A DNA stretch of 64,000 nucleotides from assembly GCA_020348985.1 (NCBI GenBank), contig CP070761.1, positions 1,732,591-1,796,590 of the forward strand, given 5' to 3'. This document shows positions 1 through 10,174 of the stretch, piece after piece (the first letter of the stretch is position 1; every line of letters starts with the position of its first letter). The notes under the pieces were generated by a model, which saw only the letters and a program-made list of their open reading frames with translations, searched no databases and was not told where the DNA came from. Origin of the DNA: Candidatus Thorarchaeota archaeon (lineage in GTDB: Archaea; Asgardarchaeota; Thorarchaeia; Thorarchaeales; Thorarchaeaceae). Both the position numbers and the translations under genes were made by a program.

Positions 1-41
1 GTCGACCACTCGCTACATTCCCCCATTGAACATCTCAAGCT

Positions 42-629
42 TCATTCTTGTCTGTGCATTCTTGACCACAGAAACAAGCTCAGCACAAAGAAACCGATTC
101 CGAACGCGAGTAGGACTCGGCCTGCGCCTACCGAGACATAGTACATCGAATCCGTGACGGTGACGAATCTGTCCACATGCATGTTCCACCAGTATTCGTA
201 TTCAAAGCTAACAGTCGTGTCCACTCCTTCCCAGTAGAAAGATACAATGTAGGGACGGCTGGATTCGCCGAAATTCGGTGCTTCTGTAGGCGAATCGTCA
301 ACTCCGCTGATGTTTACTCCTGAGACTTGTGTATGATTCAGGATTACGGTTGACACCTGTGTGACAATGATGGATATTGGATTGCCACTGGAGTTGAAGT
401 AGTGAATGTTCAAACGGTCAGCATCGATACTGACGTTCACTTCGGGATATGTCGAGTTGAGAGTCACACTATCCACACGAGTACCAAGATGATACCAGAT
501 GTCCTCTCCTCTCCAAGTCACGTGTACAAACAAGTTGCTTAACACCATGGCAGCCGTGGCCGATAATATGAGGACTACTCCTGCGAACGCCACTAGTTTA
601 GGCGAGCTCGGGAGTCTTGGCAGTCCCAT
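42..629 (-). CDS. Hypothetical membrane protein (N- and C-terminal TM helices)
   Basis: 195 aa ORF with GGAG SD before ATG and two hydrophobic segments. Confidence 0.7.
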   Translation of the reverse strand: MGLPRLPSSPKLVAFAGVVLILSATAAMVLSNLFVHVTWRGEDIWYHLGTRVDSVTLNSTYPEVNVSIDADRLNIHYFNSSGNPISIIVTQVSTVILNHTQVSGVNISGVDDSPTEAPNFGESSRPYIVSFYWEGVDTTVSFEYEYWWNMHVDRFVTVTDSMYYVSVGAGRVLLAFGIGFFVLSLFLWSRMHRQE

Positions 630-741
630 CCGCTCCTACATCCAATCGAATTTGCGTAAGACTTCTTTTGCTAAGAATATCAATCTACTTGTGTAAACCG
701 ATACAAAAGCGGCAGCTTCTTGCGAATGTCTTTTCGAAGAG

Positions 742-1044
742 TCACGACCCTCCAGACTGTCCTAAGAGAACGCCCCAAATGAAGGCACCAATGAAGGTGC
801 AGGCCGCGAGGGCTAATGCAGGTCCAACTATCATAAAGGATGGCAATGACGTGAATGCATAGATCCACCCGAAGACTGCACAAAACACACCAATGGCGAG
901 TATCACAACAGCCACTGCTGTCTGGAATCTTTCATCTGCTGATTTCCACTTGACAAGCCATCTCAGGAAGAGTGCAGTGACTAGGCTGGAGAAAACTGCT
1001 CCGAGTACAACCGCTACGAAGGGGAATGTAAGATCTACCTGCAT
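742..1044 (-). CDS. Small hypothetical membrane protein (~3 TM)
   Basis: 100 aa, strongly hydrophobic. Confidence 0.6.
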   Translation of the reverse strand: MQVDLTFPFVAVVLGAVFSSLVTALFLRWLVKWKSADERFQTAVAVVILAIGVFCAVFGWIYAFTSLPSFMIVGPALALAACTFIGAFIWGVLLGQSGGS

Positions 1045-1262
1045 CTGGAATCACAAGACTCTCATGAAACGTACTCCATGTGTAACTCGGTAGGACAAGA
1101 AGTATGTTGTGTTTGGTTCCACACCTGAAAAGCAAATCAACCACCCACTACTTGGATATCGCTTCTAACAATGCATGATCACAAGGTGGCTATCATTGAC
1201 AGGATTGTGAATCCGAAAACACAAGAACGTTTTTGGACAAAAGACATCATAGATAATCTCAG

Positions 1263-2945
1263 GTGAGACTGATGACAAAACGGGGGGATGAATTAGTTGC
1301 TCTGTTGGTACTCCTATTTGTGGTGGGAAGTCCAGTCATGAGTTGTATCTCGTTTACTTCTGAAACCCTTCAAGATCAACCAATTGTTATCACAAGTAAC
1401 GCCGGCTTTCTCCTTCAAGGCTATCCTGGGAACGGTTCGATTGACAACCCATATTTGATTGAAGGCCTAAGCATCACTGCAAATCAGGAGTGCATCTCGA
1501 TTTCAGACACAGATGCCCATTTCATTATTCGGAATTGCTTTCTCCAGTCAACCAGCGGTCCTGCTCTTTATGCTGTTAGCTTTGATGAGGTATTGAACGG
1601 TATCATCAACAACTGCACATTGATATCAATGACTTCTTGGATGCCGCCCGGAGGGGATGTGGTCTACTCAGGATACGGGGTCAGAGTTTCTGCTTCATCA
1701 AATTGCACTGTCATGGAGAGCAACGTCTACGGGAATGAAGTGGGTGTGAGTCTCATAGACTCAGTGTCCTGTATCGTGAAAGGGAACAGTATTCACGACA
1801 ACAGTGTGGGAATCTTCCTGGACCGCTCGACGGATTGTGTAATCACCAATAATACTCTCCAGAATAACCGAGAGCATTTGCTGGTTTCGCGATCCACCTC
1901 GTGTACGATAACCAATCAGACAATCTTCGGAGGAAACTATGGAATCGCATTGCAGACCTCAGAGAACTGTGCCTTGATTGGCAATCAGATGGAGGGAGCC
2001 GGTGTACTGATGATGTTCGCTGATGATGCCAAAGACTGGAATCATACATTTGATGAAAATAGAGTAAATGGCCTTCCTATCGGGTACCTTAGACGACAGC
2101 AGGACAAGTTGGTGAATGGAACTGCATACGGTCAACTGATTCTGGCCGAATGCACAAATATGACAGTCGTAGAATTCGACGTCTCAAACGCAACTGCCGG
2201 TATTCAAATAGGTTACTCAACCGATTGCCTAGTTGCTAATAGTTCACTTTGCAACAGCTCTTGGGCTGCTATCTTGATTTTTTCGTCTTCTGACATCTCA
2301 GTCAAGGAGTCACTTATGCAAGGAAACTTGCTATGCGTTGACATCGTTTCCTCAACACGAATCCACGTCAGCAGGAACATGTTGGCTTCTAATTTTCATG
2401 CAATCTATTCGGGCGAATCAGATCAGTCCACAATCATTGACAATACGATTAAGGACGGTATGGGCACAGGCATTCATCTGTTTGATTGCGACGAGATGAT
2501 CATTACGGGAAATGACATCAGCGCGAATTATCATGGTATATGGCTTTCCGGGTGTACCCGTAGTACTATCAGTGGCAATTCTGTCTTCAACTGTAGCTCA
2601 TATGGGATAACACTAGGCTACGACAGCTCAATGAACCAAGTGTATGAAAATCTCGTCGGGTGGAATGGGTTCAACGCTTTGGACGAAGGTTCAAGCAACC
2701 TATGGGACAATGGCATAAACCGGGGGAATAACTGGTCAGACTATTTGGGCTTTGGATGGTACTCAATCCCAGGTCAAGCGGGGAGTTCTGATAGATACCC
2801 TTCATCTCTGGCTGACTCTCCAAGTCTGTCTTGGGTACTACCGACAATTGCACTAGCTGTTTTCGGTATCACCATCGTAGTAGTTGTAGCAGTAAGACTA
2901 GTGAGGAGAGATAACATTTCAAAGAGTAATGGAGTGTCAATATGA
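1263..2945 (+). CDS. NosD/CASH right-handed parallel beta-helix surface protein
   Basis: Signal peptide, GYPGNGSIDNPYLIE motif, repeated GIxL..S..C.I..N units, GNxWSDY motif, C-terminal TM anchor. Confidence 0.85.
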   Translation: MRLMTKRGDELVALLVLLFVVGSPVMSCISFTSETLQDQPIVITSNAGFLLQGYPGNGSIDNPYLIEGLSITANQECISISDTDAHFIIRNCFLQSTSGPALYAVSFDEVLNGIINNCTLISMTSWMPPGGDVVYSGYGVRVSASSNCTVMESNVYGNEVGVSLIDSVSCIVKGNSIHDNSVGIFLDRSTDCVITNNTLQNNREHLLVSRSTSCTITNQTIFGGNYGIALQTSENCALIGNQMEGAGVLMMFADDAKDWNHTFDENRVNGLPIGYLRRQQDKLVNGTAYGQLILAECTNMTVVEFDVSNATAGIQIGYSTDCLVANSSLCNSSWAAILIFSSSDISVKESLMQGNLLCVDIVSSTRIHVSRNMLASNFHAIYSGESDQSTIIDNTIKDGMGTGIHLFDCDEMIITGNDISANYHGIWLSGCTRSTISGNSVFNCSSYGITLGYDSSMNQVYENLVGWNGFNALDEGSSNLWDNGINRGNNWSDYLGFGWYSIPGQAGSSDRYPSSLADSPSLSWVLPTIALAVFGITIVVVVAVRLVRRDNISKSNGVSI

Positions 2946-3024
2946 GGGCTCTTAGGTGTATCTTTGGTTTTCCCAGGATTGAATAGAACGCCGCCCACTT
3001 GCTGTGAGCGACGTTCTGAACTGT

Positions 3025-3762
3025 TCAATAGTAAGTGGGCTGTTGCCACCATCTAGCTGCAATTGAGTTGACACTCAAGTAGGCGTAGTACTTCGTACCT
3101 GAATCTCTGTACACCGCTCCTGCACCGGCGCTTATGTAACCCTTCAGGGACACAGCAAGTCTAACAGTCTTGTACCGAGGTATTTTGAAGATTACAGTTT
3201 TCTCGCCTATTGTGAAGATCTCATCGACCTCGTACCGGTCTCCATGCCACGCCTCACGGTAGAAGACGGTTTTCACACTGTACACGGTATCATCATAGAA
3301 GTCAACAAGTGCGAATCTGACCTCTATCGATGCTTTCTGAAACCAGCCCCCTGATTTTATGTAGGCGTCCAGTATGCCATTGAAAGTCATCTCCACGTAT
3401 GTGGGTTCAGCAAGCCAGAAGTAGTAGGCATGTCCAAGAAGTCCCCAGGCATAGCCTGCACAAGAGTCTACCTTGACATAGATGTAGCCTGTATCCTTGT
3501 TAACAGAAGCTAAGGCCGTTGATGGCAATACATAGGTCTTTCTAGAAGAGGCCGCAGATTCCTCGTGAGGGGGCCATGTGTACAGACGCGCTGAGTTTGC
3601 TCTAAAGCCCACGGGATATGGTGAGTAATTATACCACCATTTCTGTCCTCCTCCACCACCACCTGGCGGTTCGGCTGCTTGTACCATGATGGCCATCTGG
3701 AAGAGGACGATTACAGACACTATCATGACTATTGCTCTAAAACGAGACTTCAATCCTATCAT
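3025..3762 (-). CDS. Secreted hypothetical protein
   Basis: Signal peptide, PPGGGGGG linker, aromatic beta-rich body. Confidence 0.7.
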   Translation of the reverse strand: MIGLKSRFRAIVMIVSVIVLFQMAIMVQAAEPPGGGGGGQKWWYNYSPYPVGFRANSARLYTWPPHEESAASSRKTYVLPSTALASVNKDTGYIYVKVDSCAGYAWGLLGHAYYFWLAEPTYVEMTFNGILDAYIKSGGWFQKASIEVRFALVDFYDDTVYSVKTVFYREAWHGDRYEVDEIFTIGEKTVIFKIPRYKTVRLAVSLKGYISAGAGAVYRDSGTKYYAYLSVNSIAARWWQQPTYY

Positions 3763-3881
3763 CCCCCTGATTGGTCAGTTCTCAATAGAGAACCGTATCC
3801 ATTACCTATCGCTGGGAGATAATCCTTGTGGAGGAGAATCTACAATCGACCGCCCGCCACCACATTTCTTCTGTTCAGTGA

Positions 3882-4202
3882 TCAATCATCCAATCTTTCC
3901 ACTCGAAATATGACTGGTCTTACACCGTCACCACACGCTACGTAAGTCATGTCGCGTTCAGGCCAGTCCATATCATCAATCAAATCGAACTTCGTTAACC
4001 GAACCGTAATATCTCTCCAAGCCCAACCACAGAAACCGTCAGGCATTTTGAAACTATTCTCAGCTATGAACTCCTGTCCTTCCTCAAGGAATCGACAGGT
4101 GGGTATTGAATCGCCTGATGATGCCTGCTTCATCTCATGTCCAAAGACTTCACTCGGGCTGAACTTTCTTTCTACAGTTATTCTGATTCTTGGTAGATTC
4201 AC
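3882..4202 (-). CDS. TIGR04076-family protein
   Basis: C..F.EGQEF, P.GFC.WAW, C.DG.RPVIF motifs; GTG start after GAGG. Confidence 0.8.
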   Translation of the reverse strand: MNLPRIRITVERKFSPSEVFGHEMKQASSGDSIPTCRFLEEGQEFIAENSFKMPDGFCGWAWRDITVRLTKFDLIDDMDWPERDMTYVACGDGVRPVIFRVERLDD

Positions 4203-4333
4203 AGTCTTAACCTCACAGCTGCAGCATGACTGGAGACCTCTAATCTGGATTATCATCAGAGCAGTCCAGAGGGAAATACGCGAAACAGTCAAAGACATCC
4301 TTTCCATTTGACATTCTGTTGGGAGAATAATCG

Positions 4334-5035
4334 ATGCCCAAGTGCGCAGAATGCCAAACTATCGGACAGTCAAAGCCTGACATGGAACTTTACTCCTGTG
4401 TCCTATGCAAGCAGCCAAGGTGCGAAACCCATGCAGTGTGGGCCTTGGCATATCAATTGGACGAAATCGCCGAAAGAGACGAATCTCAGTCTCCTTCACT
4501 CTCAGCCAGCCACGTGAGTGGGTGGTATCCTTTCTGTGGCCGACCTTCACACGTACCATATGGCGTCTCTATACGCCATGGAAAGGAGAAGATGTGGGGG
4601 AGGCTAGTTGAAGATGTGTCCAATGACGAGAAGGATGAAGATCTCGAGTTCGTCGTCATGTGGCAGACTGGAGTCATCGAGGAGGGATTTGAGCACCGTT
4701 GGGAGCCAAAGCACTTTCAGCCTTCTTGTGACCTGTCAGATGCTGTACAAGTCATCAATGTCCTGTTTGACCAAGATATTGATGATGATGTCTTCCTGCG
4801 AAAAACACAAAGCTCAGTGCTAGACCCACTGGCTGTCAGAAAGATCACGTTCTTTGGATCTTCTTTCGACGAATTCAGAGAGAGTGTAGGAGAAAGCCCT
4901 GACCTTGAAAAGATTGTCAAGTTCATTTGCTCAAGATGTGGAGTTGTGATTTGCTTGAATCGTCAGTCACCATTCTTCGATGATAAGCTCTTCAGAAAAC
5001 TGGTCGAGAAACCGGAGTCGGTTATCTCACTCTGA
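4334..5035 (+). CDS. Hypothetical protein with Cys/His zinc-binding motifs
   Basis: CxxC, CxxC-x3-CxxH at the N-terminus and CxxC-x4-C near the C-terminus. Confidence 0.65.
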   Translation: MPKCAECQTIGQSKPDMELYSCVLCKQPRCETHAVWALAYQLDEIAERDESQSPSLSASHVSGWYPFCGRPSHVPYGVSIRHGKEKMWGRLVEDVSNDEKDEDLEFVVMWQTGVIEEGFEHRWEPKHFQPSCDLSDAVQVINVLFDQDIDDDVFLRKTQSSVLDPLAVRKITFFGSSFDEFRESVGESPDLEKIVKFICSRCGVVICLNRQSPFFDDKLFRKLVEKPESVISL

Positions 5036-5132
5036 AGATTGAAACAGATACAAGCGGTCAGAATTGAACAAGATTTGTGCCGCAAGACCCATAACGTTTC
5101 GTTCTGAATCAGTGCAACGAGGAGGATTTCAC

Positions 5133-5948
5133 ATGAATCCCTACGTCAAACTACTTAGGATAAGGGGATGGTACGCCTTCCTTTGTACAGCTATCCTTGG
5201 TTTCGTCATCTCTGGAGGAGTGACAGGTCCGCTGGTAGACATCCTCATCTTCTTCCTGATGGTTTCGGTCTTCTTGGGATTCAGCTTCTCCATTAATGAC
5301 AGCTTTGACGTAGCTGAGGATCTGCAGAAGAAGTCAAGATCCAATCCTGTAGCTACCGGTGAGGTAAGTCAAGACCAGGCTGTAACATTCTCGTACTCCC
5401 TCGCCCTGGCCGGGACAATTCTCTCTGCCTGGTTCGGTCCAGTCATTTTCTTCTACTACGTGGGTCTTACTCTCCTGTCATTCTTCTACTCTGCTCCTCC
5501 CCTACGATTCAAGTCAAGGTTTCCATTCGATCTCTTGTCCCACGGGCTGTTCTTTGGATCCCTGATATTGCTACTCCCTGCACTAATCTTTGGCTCACTG
5601 AATACTGGGGTTCTACTAATAGCCATCTCCATATTCTTCCTGTCAGTGACAATCGAGTTGTGGAATCATATAGAAGATTACGAAAGCGACGTGATGGCCC
5701 GGCTGAAGACAACAGTATGTGTATTGGGTCTTGAGAAATCAGAGAGAATTGCAAAAGCACTTGCCGTCTTCTTCCCGCTTACACTCGTACCACTCTACCA
5801 TAGTGGCGTCTACTTTCTACCCTTCGTTATTTCCACATCAGTCTACGTCATGATCTTCATTCGAAAGGCACGACCCGCAGTGCTTTACTCATATGCCAAC
5901 TTGCTATACGGTGTTCTCTTGGTGTTGGCATTACTATCTTCATGCTGA
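5133..5948 (+). CDS. UbiA-family prenyltransferase
   Basis: NDxxDxxxD motif, YSxPPxRxK, NHxxDxxxD, multiple TM; GGAGG SD. Confidence 0.9.
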   Translation: MNPYVKLLRIRGWYAFLCTAILGFVISGGVTGPLVDILIFFLMVSVFLGFSFSINDSFDVAEDLQKKSRSNPVATGEVSQDQAVTFSYSLALAGTILSAWFGPVIFFYYVGLTLLSFFYSAPPLRFKSRFPFDLLSHGLFFGSLILLLPALIFGSLNTGVLLIAISIFFLSVTIELWNHIEDYESDVMARLKTTVCVLGLEKSERIAKALAVFFPLTLVPLYHSGVYFLPFVISTSVYVMIFIRKARPAVLYSYANLLYGVLLVLALLSSC

Positions 5949-5978
5949 TGATTTCTACAACCTCACATTTTGTAAGGC

Positions 5979-6275
5979 GTGCTGTTCAAAAGGTCCTTCT
6001 TCAATGACTTTGTGGAAATGATACTCGAGCTCTCTCTTTTGACAGCAATCTATGCGATCTGGATTCTCACTCTAGTGAACGCAATGGTTTCTAGCGAAGA
6101 AGTATCTCTGACAATAGCAACTCTTCCATTCATTGTGACATTTCCCTTTTCCCTGCTTCTTTCAGTCTCAGCTGAAGTATGGATTCCAGGCATGCTCATC
6201 TTTGATATCGGACTGACCATGGTTATCGGAATACTGCTATTCGTGAGGTGGGTTATGGCCATAGTCGGAGAATGA
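5979..6275 (+). CDS. Small membrane protein (true start may be ATG 6018)
   Basis: Three hydrophobic helices. Confidence 0.6.
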   Translation: MLFKRSFFNDFVEMILELSLLTAIYAIWILTLVNAMVSSEEVSLTIATLPFIVTFPFSLLLSVSAEVWIPGMLIFDIGLTMVIGILLFVRWVMAIVGE

Positions 6276-6328
6276 GCTGAAAGTCAAATGGAATTGCTGT
6301 TTGGGAATCCGAATCGGTTTGGAAGAAC

Positions 6329-6487
6329 CTACTTTTCCTTTCTCTTGAATTCGGTATATCCGCATCTGCCGCATGCAAATCTATCAAAATGCTCCGCCAT
6401 GAAAGTTCCTTTCTCACAACGTGGGCAAGTTCTCTTAGCAATGGTTACTTTGCCGCTCTTGTCAACTTTGTATGCCTTGTGTGCCAT
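6329..6487 (-). CDS. rps27ae: 30S ribosomal protein S27ae (eS31)
   Basis: CPRC...FMAEH.DR..CGRC; follows rps24e. Confidence 0.95.
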   Translation of the reverse strand: MAHKAYKVDKSGKVTIAKRTCPRCEKGTFMAEHFDRFACGRCGYTEFKRKEK

Positions 6488-6488
6488 T

Positions 6489-6785
6489 CTAGGACTCTTC
6501 CTTCTTAGTTGATGCATGCCGCTTGAGAACATATCCAAGTTCTACTCTCTTCATTTGCTCAGCATCGGAGTAGATGCGGGCAGTTCCTTCAGTGATGCCT
6601 ATTCCGAACTTGGTGTTCAGCGACCGAATGACAACGGCTGAAGAATCAGCATCGAACTGTGCCACAATCTTAGCCAATACGTCGGCTCTACTGGGCGTAG
6701 TGCTTCCAATATGCTCTACTCTGAATTCGATCTCTCTGCGCGAGAGAGGTTTGTTCTCTTTCTCCTGAAGAATCTCAATCTTCAT
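6489..6785 (-). CDS. rps24e: 30S ribosomal protein S24e
   Basis: EN.PLSRREI, TPSR, TKFG motifs. Confidence 0.95.
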   Translation of the reverse strand: MKIEILQEKENKPLSRREIEFRVEHIGSTTPSRADVLAKIVAQFDADSSAVVIRSLNTKFGIGITEGTARIYSDAEQMKRVELGYVLKRHASTKKEES

Positions 6786-6891
6786 TGGCATCACTCTTGA
6801 TGGTCAGACTACCCTCAAGTGGGACGGTCAGGGCATCCACCTGGGGTTGTCTAATAAAGCTTTCACCTTGGACGTAGCGTCTATAGCTGGT

Positions 6892-7104
6892 CTAACGCAC
6901 CTTCAACGCATACTTCCCTGGTTTGTCGATGTTCAACCTTTCTGCAATGTAGGAGGACTTCCGCGGGTCTTCATGAGCGTCTCGACCAGGAAGTATGACA
7001 ACTACTCCCGTGTAGGATGTTGATAGATTCGTACTCTTGCAATTGGGACACTGATTCTCCGCGGTCAGATAGTGACACACTCTGCATGCTTTTGGTCGAG
7101 CCAC
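6892..7104 (-). CDS. spt4: Transcription elongation factor Spt4 (RpoE'')
   Basis: KACRxC..CPxC, PGKYALKVR; GTG start after GGTGA SD. Confidence 0.92.
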   Translation of the reverse strand: MARPKACRVCHYLTAENQCPNCKSTNLSTSYTGVVVILPGRDAHEDPRKSSYIAERLNIDKPGKYALKVR

Positions 7105-7119
7105 ACTAATCACCGTTCA

Positions 7120-7716
7120 CTACTTCTTTTTCTTCTTGCCTTCACCACGGGCGGATCTGACATCGTCCTCGACCCATGAGATATCCGGGCCCACTTTACC
7201 AAGGAACGGCTGTCTCATTGTCAGTCCCAGTTTCCCTGATCTGTTGCCCGATTCGAAACTGATTGATGTTATTCGGGCTCGAACATGGTCACCCTCAGAG
7301 AGTGTTCTACCTGTCTCCTTGCCCATTAGTGCGCTACCCTTGGAATCCTGAGTTATGAAGTCATCACAAATCTGACTCACGTGGCAAAGACCATCAAGCG
7401 GTCCCATTCTAATGAACGCACCGAAGTCCATCAGCTCAACAACGTTCCCCTCAATAAGCTCTCCTCGCACTGGCTTGAAGACTAGGACCCGGTACGTGAC
7501 TTGATGATATGTGGCACCATCTCCAGGCATAAGCCGACCTTTCTTGATTTCATCAATCCCAATGACTGCAATCATGAGACCTACGTCTCTATCAAGGACA
7601 TTCTCACTTCCCTTTCGCAGATGTGTTACAGCAGCCTCTTCCATGGGCTTGTCAAACTCGTTTGGGGGGATACGAACTATATCACTAACAGTCACAATGG
7701 AGTATATTGTATTCAC
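7120..7716 (-). CDS. rpo7: RNA polymerase subunit Rpo7 (E'); start may be ATA at 7707
   Basis: DIVRIPP, GDGATYH, S1 domain DGLCHVSQI, LTMRQPFLG. Confidence 0.95.
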   Translation of the reverse strand: MNTIYSIVTVSDIVRIPPNEFDKPMEEAAVTHLRKGSENVLDRDVGLMIAVIGIDEIKKGRLMPGDGATYHQVTYRVLVFKPVRGELIEGNVVELMDFGAFIRMGPLDGLCHVSQICDDFITQDSKGSALMGKETGRTLSEGDHVRARITSISFESGNRSGKLGLTMRQPFLGKVGPDISWVEDDVRSARGEGKKKKK

Positions 7717-7848
7717 CAGCCTTCAGTACCACTTGCCTGCTATGACAAGGCTTCATAGAAGAACAGGCCAACAGACAGCCTCGACGGCCTGAACCCGACG
7801 GTCAGCGCTGCCACGCTTTGGCAACCATAAAAAGATTGCTACATGGGT

Positions 7849-8253
7849 TCAAATGACTGCTCCTTCCAGAGACAATTTCTTCTTCGCACGAAGGATAAGT
7901 ACAGGCAAACCAAGTGAACGAGCTTTCTGTTTCAGATCTCTGTCATTTGTTGCGAGAACTCCTCCAACCGATTCAGTATACTCCAGCAGCCTCTCGTCAA
8001 CGGATTTCTTCTCTTCAAAATGAGTCGTATCAATCAGCTTGCATCTCTTTGCCAAATCCTTGGCAACTCTGAATTTCCTTCCTTCAATGGCTCCCTTGGC
8101 CTTACTGGCCTTGACATCAAGCTCTGCAAGGACGGAGTCCAATACGACAAACTCAATCCGACGCTCCAGCAGACGTTCTGATTCTTGGAAAATGTCAACA
8201 CCGAATTCAGAAGGAACAGTGAGGAAATTCGTATCAAGGACAACTTGAATCAA
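7849..8253 (-). CDS. PIN-domain nuclease (Fcf1/Utp24-like)
   Basis: VVLDTNFL, ATND motifs; conserved position after aIF2-gamma. Confidence 0.88.
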   Translation of the reverse strand: MIQVVLDTNFLTVPSEFGVDIFQESERLLERRIEFVVLDSVLAELDVKASKAKGAIEGRKFRVAKDLAKRCKLIDTTHFEEKKSVDERLLEYTESVGGVLATNDRDLKQKARSLGLPVLILRAKKKLSLEGAVI

Positions 8254-8278
8254 ACTACTCACAGAGCCAACTAATCTC

Positions 8279-9520
8279 TCAGACTTCTGCATAGCCTATG
8301 AGTCGCCACTTGTTCTCGACCCTTCGACCAATAGCAATACGTTGTCCTTTCTCGGCACAGACAGGCCTCTTCAGAGTCATCTCTATCTCCTCTCCATGGA
8401 GCTTGGTGATTACCCCAACTGTCGGTGCTGTTCCTACGACCAACATCAGAGGCTCGTTGAGTCGGAGGTTGTCAACCTCTTTCTTGGACTCCATGCCTAC
8501 GACCCTCTGCATCAGTTCTGGCTTAATCATCATCTTGTCAATAACATTAGGCATCTTTCCGAGTTTGCCAACAACATTTCCCACAAGTCGATCCGCGCGC
8601 GTATAGGAAGGATCCAGGGCTGTACCGACTCCAATCAGTCCCCCTGGGTATGCCTCCTTCAGACTATTCCCACTACCGGAAAGAAGGCTCACAATCCTAG
8701 CACGGATGGGTTTGAAACCCTTGTCGGCTCTATGACCGGGAGCTACTTCGATTTCGTCTCCCAAGCTGAGTCGACCCTGTATTATAGAGCCTCCAACCAC
8801 GCCACCCTGCATGTCCGGTGGAAGTGTGCCGGGACGGTTAATATCAAAGGATCTAGCCACATACATCTTTGGCGGAGCTTCGTCATCTCTATCCGGAGTT
8901 GGGATTATCCCTTCGATTGCTTGGATCAGCAGATCCACGTTTGCACCGAAGATAGCAGATAGAGGAATGATTGGAGCATCCTCTGCAACGGTTCCCTTCA
9001 CGAACTCCTTGATTTGGCTGTAGTGTTTTTTTGCTTGCTCCGGTGTTACAAGCTCTATCTTATTCTGAACAATGACTATGTTACTGACCCCAATGATCTG
9101 CAAAGCGTGAAGGTGCTCAGAAGTTTGCGGCATTGGACACGGCTCGTCCGCTGCAATGACAAGGATTGCCCCATCCATCAGACTTGCACCGCTCAAGCAA
9201 GTGGCCATCAGAGATTCGTGACCTGGACTATCAACAAATGAGATTTCGCGCAAGACCTCAAGCTCACCATCGCATTTAGGGCATTTACCCTCTGCACATA
9301 GATGGGAGGTTGTATAGCACTGAGGTTCAGGGCATTTCTTGCACTTGAGCAAAGTTGTCGCCGCATAACCAAGCCTAATCGAAATACCACGTCTAACTTC
9401 ATCGGAGTGTCGGTCCGTCCAATCTCCTGTTAGATACTCAACCAAAGTTGTCTTGCCGTGGTCAACATGTCCCAAGGTCCCTATGCTGACTTCTGACTGA
9501 CCTTCGTACTTTCTGGTCAC
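8279..9520 (-). CDS. eif2g: Translation initiation factor 2 gamma subunit
   Basis: [17 protein letters not shown], Zn knuckle, DSPGH, NKIE, WRLIG. Confidence 0.97.
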   Translation of the reverse strand: MTRKYEGQSEVSIGTLGHVDHGKTTLVEYLTGDWTDRHSDEVRRGISIRLGYAATTLLKCKKCPEPQCYTTSHLCAEGKCPKCDGELEVLREISFVDSPGHESLMATCLSGASLMDGAILVIAADEPCPMPQTSEHLHALQIIGVSNIVIVQNKIELVTPEQAKKHYSQIKEFVKGTVAEDAPIIPLSAIFGANVDLLIQAIEGIIPTPDRDDEAPPKMYVARSFDINRPGTLPPDMQGGVVGGSIIQGRLSLGDEIEVAPGHRADKGFKPIRARIVSLLSGSGNSLKEAYPGGLIGVGTALDPSYTRADRLVGNVVGKLGKMPNVIDKMMIKPELMQRVVGMESKKEVDNLRLNEPLMLVVGTAPTVGVITKLHGEEIEMTLKRPVCAEKGQRIAIGRRVENKWRLIGYAEV

Positions 9521-9597
9521 CTAGTCCTCACTTCCAGAGCGATAGAAATCTGGAACTCCATAAGAAGTCTATGGTCTATTCGCCAAAGAGATGCATT

Positions 9598-9981
9598 CTA
9601 GGCCGATTGCATAACGAGTTCTTCCAAGGGTGTGCTTCCTTTCTCTTCCACCCTCATGTTCACCTGAGAGATATCTGGTCCAAGTTCCCTGCCGCGAACA
9701 GTCTTGCGTTTGGCGATTCCCTTTCTCTTTGGTCTAAATCCTGGTGCCCCACGAATCAGCACCCTCTTCTTTCCACTTCCGTGCACATCAGGTCGGATTG
9801 GGAATCCTGATGAATCGCTTCCACCAGTGATCTTCAGCTTGTATCCTGGAAGACCAATTACATCCCCTTCTACAATCTCTCCGACGGTCTTTCCGACCAG
9901 AGCGTTCGTCTTGGCATCATCCAGCTCGTACTGGATAGCCTTCCCAGTCTCGGGATCCGAAATTACTAGCTTAAACGGCAA
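9598..9981 (-). CDS. rps6e: 30S ribosomal protein S6e
   Basis: FKLVISDP, ITGGSD.SGFP, RKTVRG. Confidence 0.97.
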   Translation of the reverse strand: MPFKLVISDPETGKAIQYELDDAKTNALVGKTVGEIVEGDVIGLPGYKLKITGGSDSSGFPIRPDVHGSGKKRVLIRGAPGFRPKRKGIAKRKTVRGRELGPDISQVNMRVEEKGSTPLEELVMQSA

Positions 9982-10174
9982 CTATCCTATCGCCTGCCTG
10001 AAGATATACTGCGTCCTAGTGGACAGCAGCGCTAGCGAACAGAGGTCACTTTATGAGGATTGCGGTTTAGCAGACGAGAATATCAAGGCTGGACAGCTAC
10101 TGAAACAGGCCTAGTACAAAACCATTATATCTCGTTCACAGTCCGAAACCGGGATGACTATCTGAGGGATATGA

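Noticed and set aside
6329-6538. Ubiquitin-eS31 fusion or N-terminal extension
   Set aside because: The upstream codons overlap rps24e and contain no ubiquitin domain; the real start is 6487.
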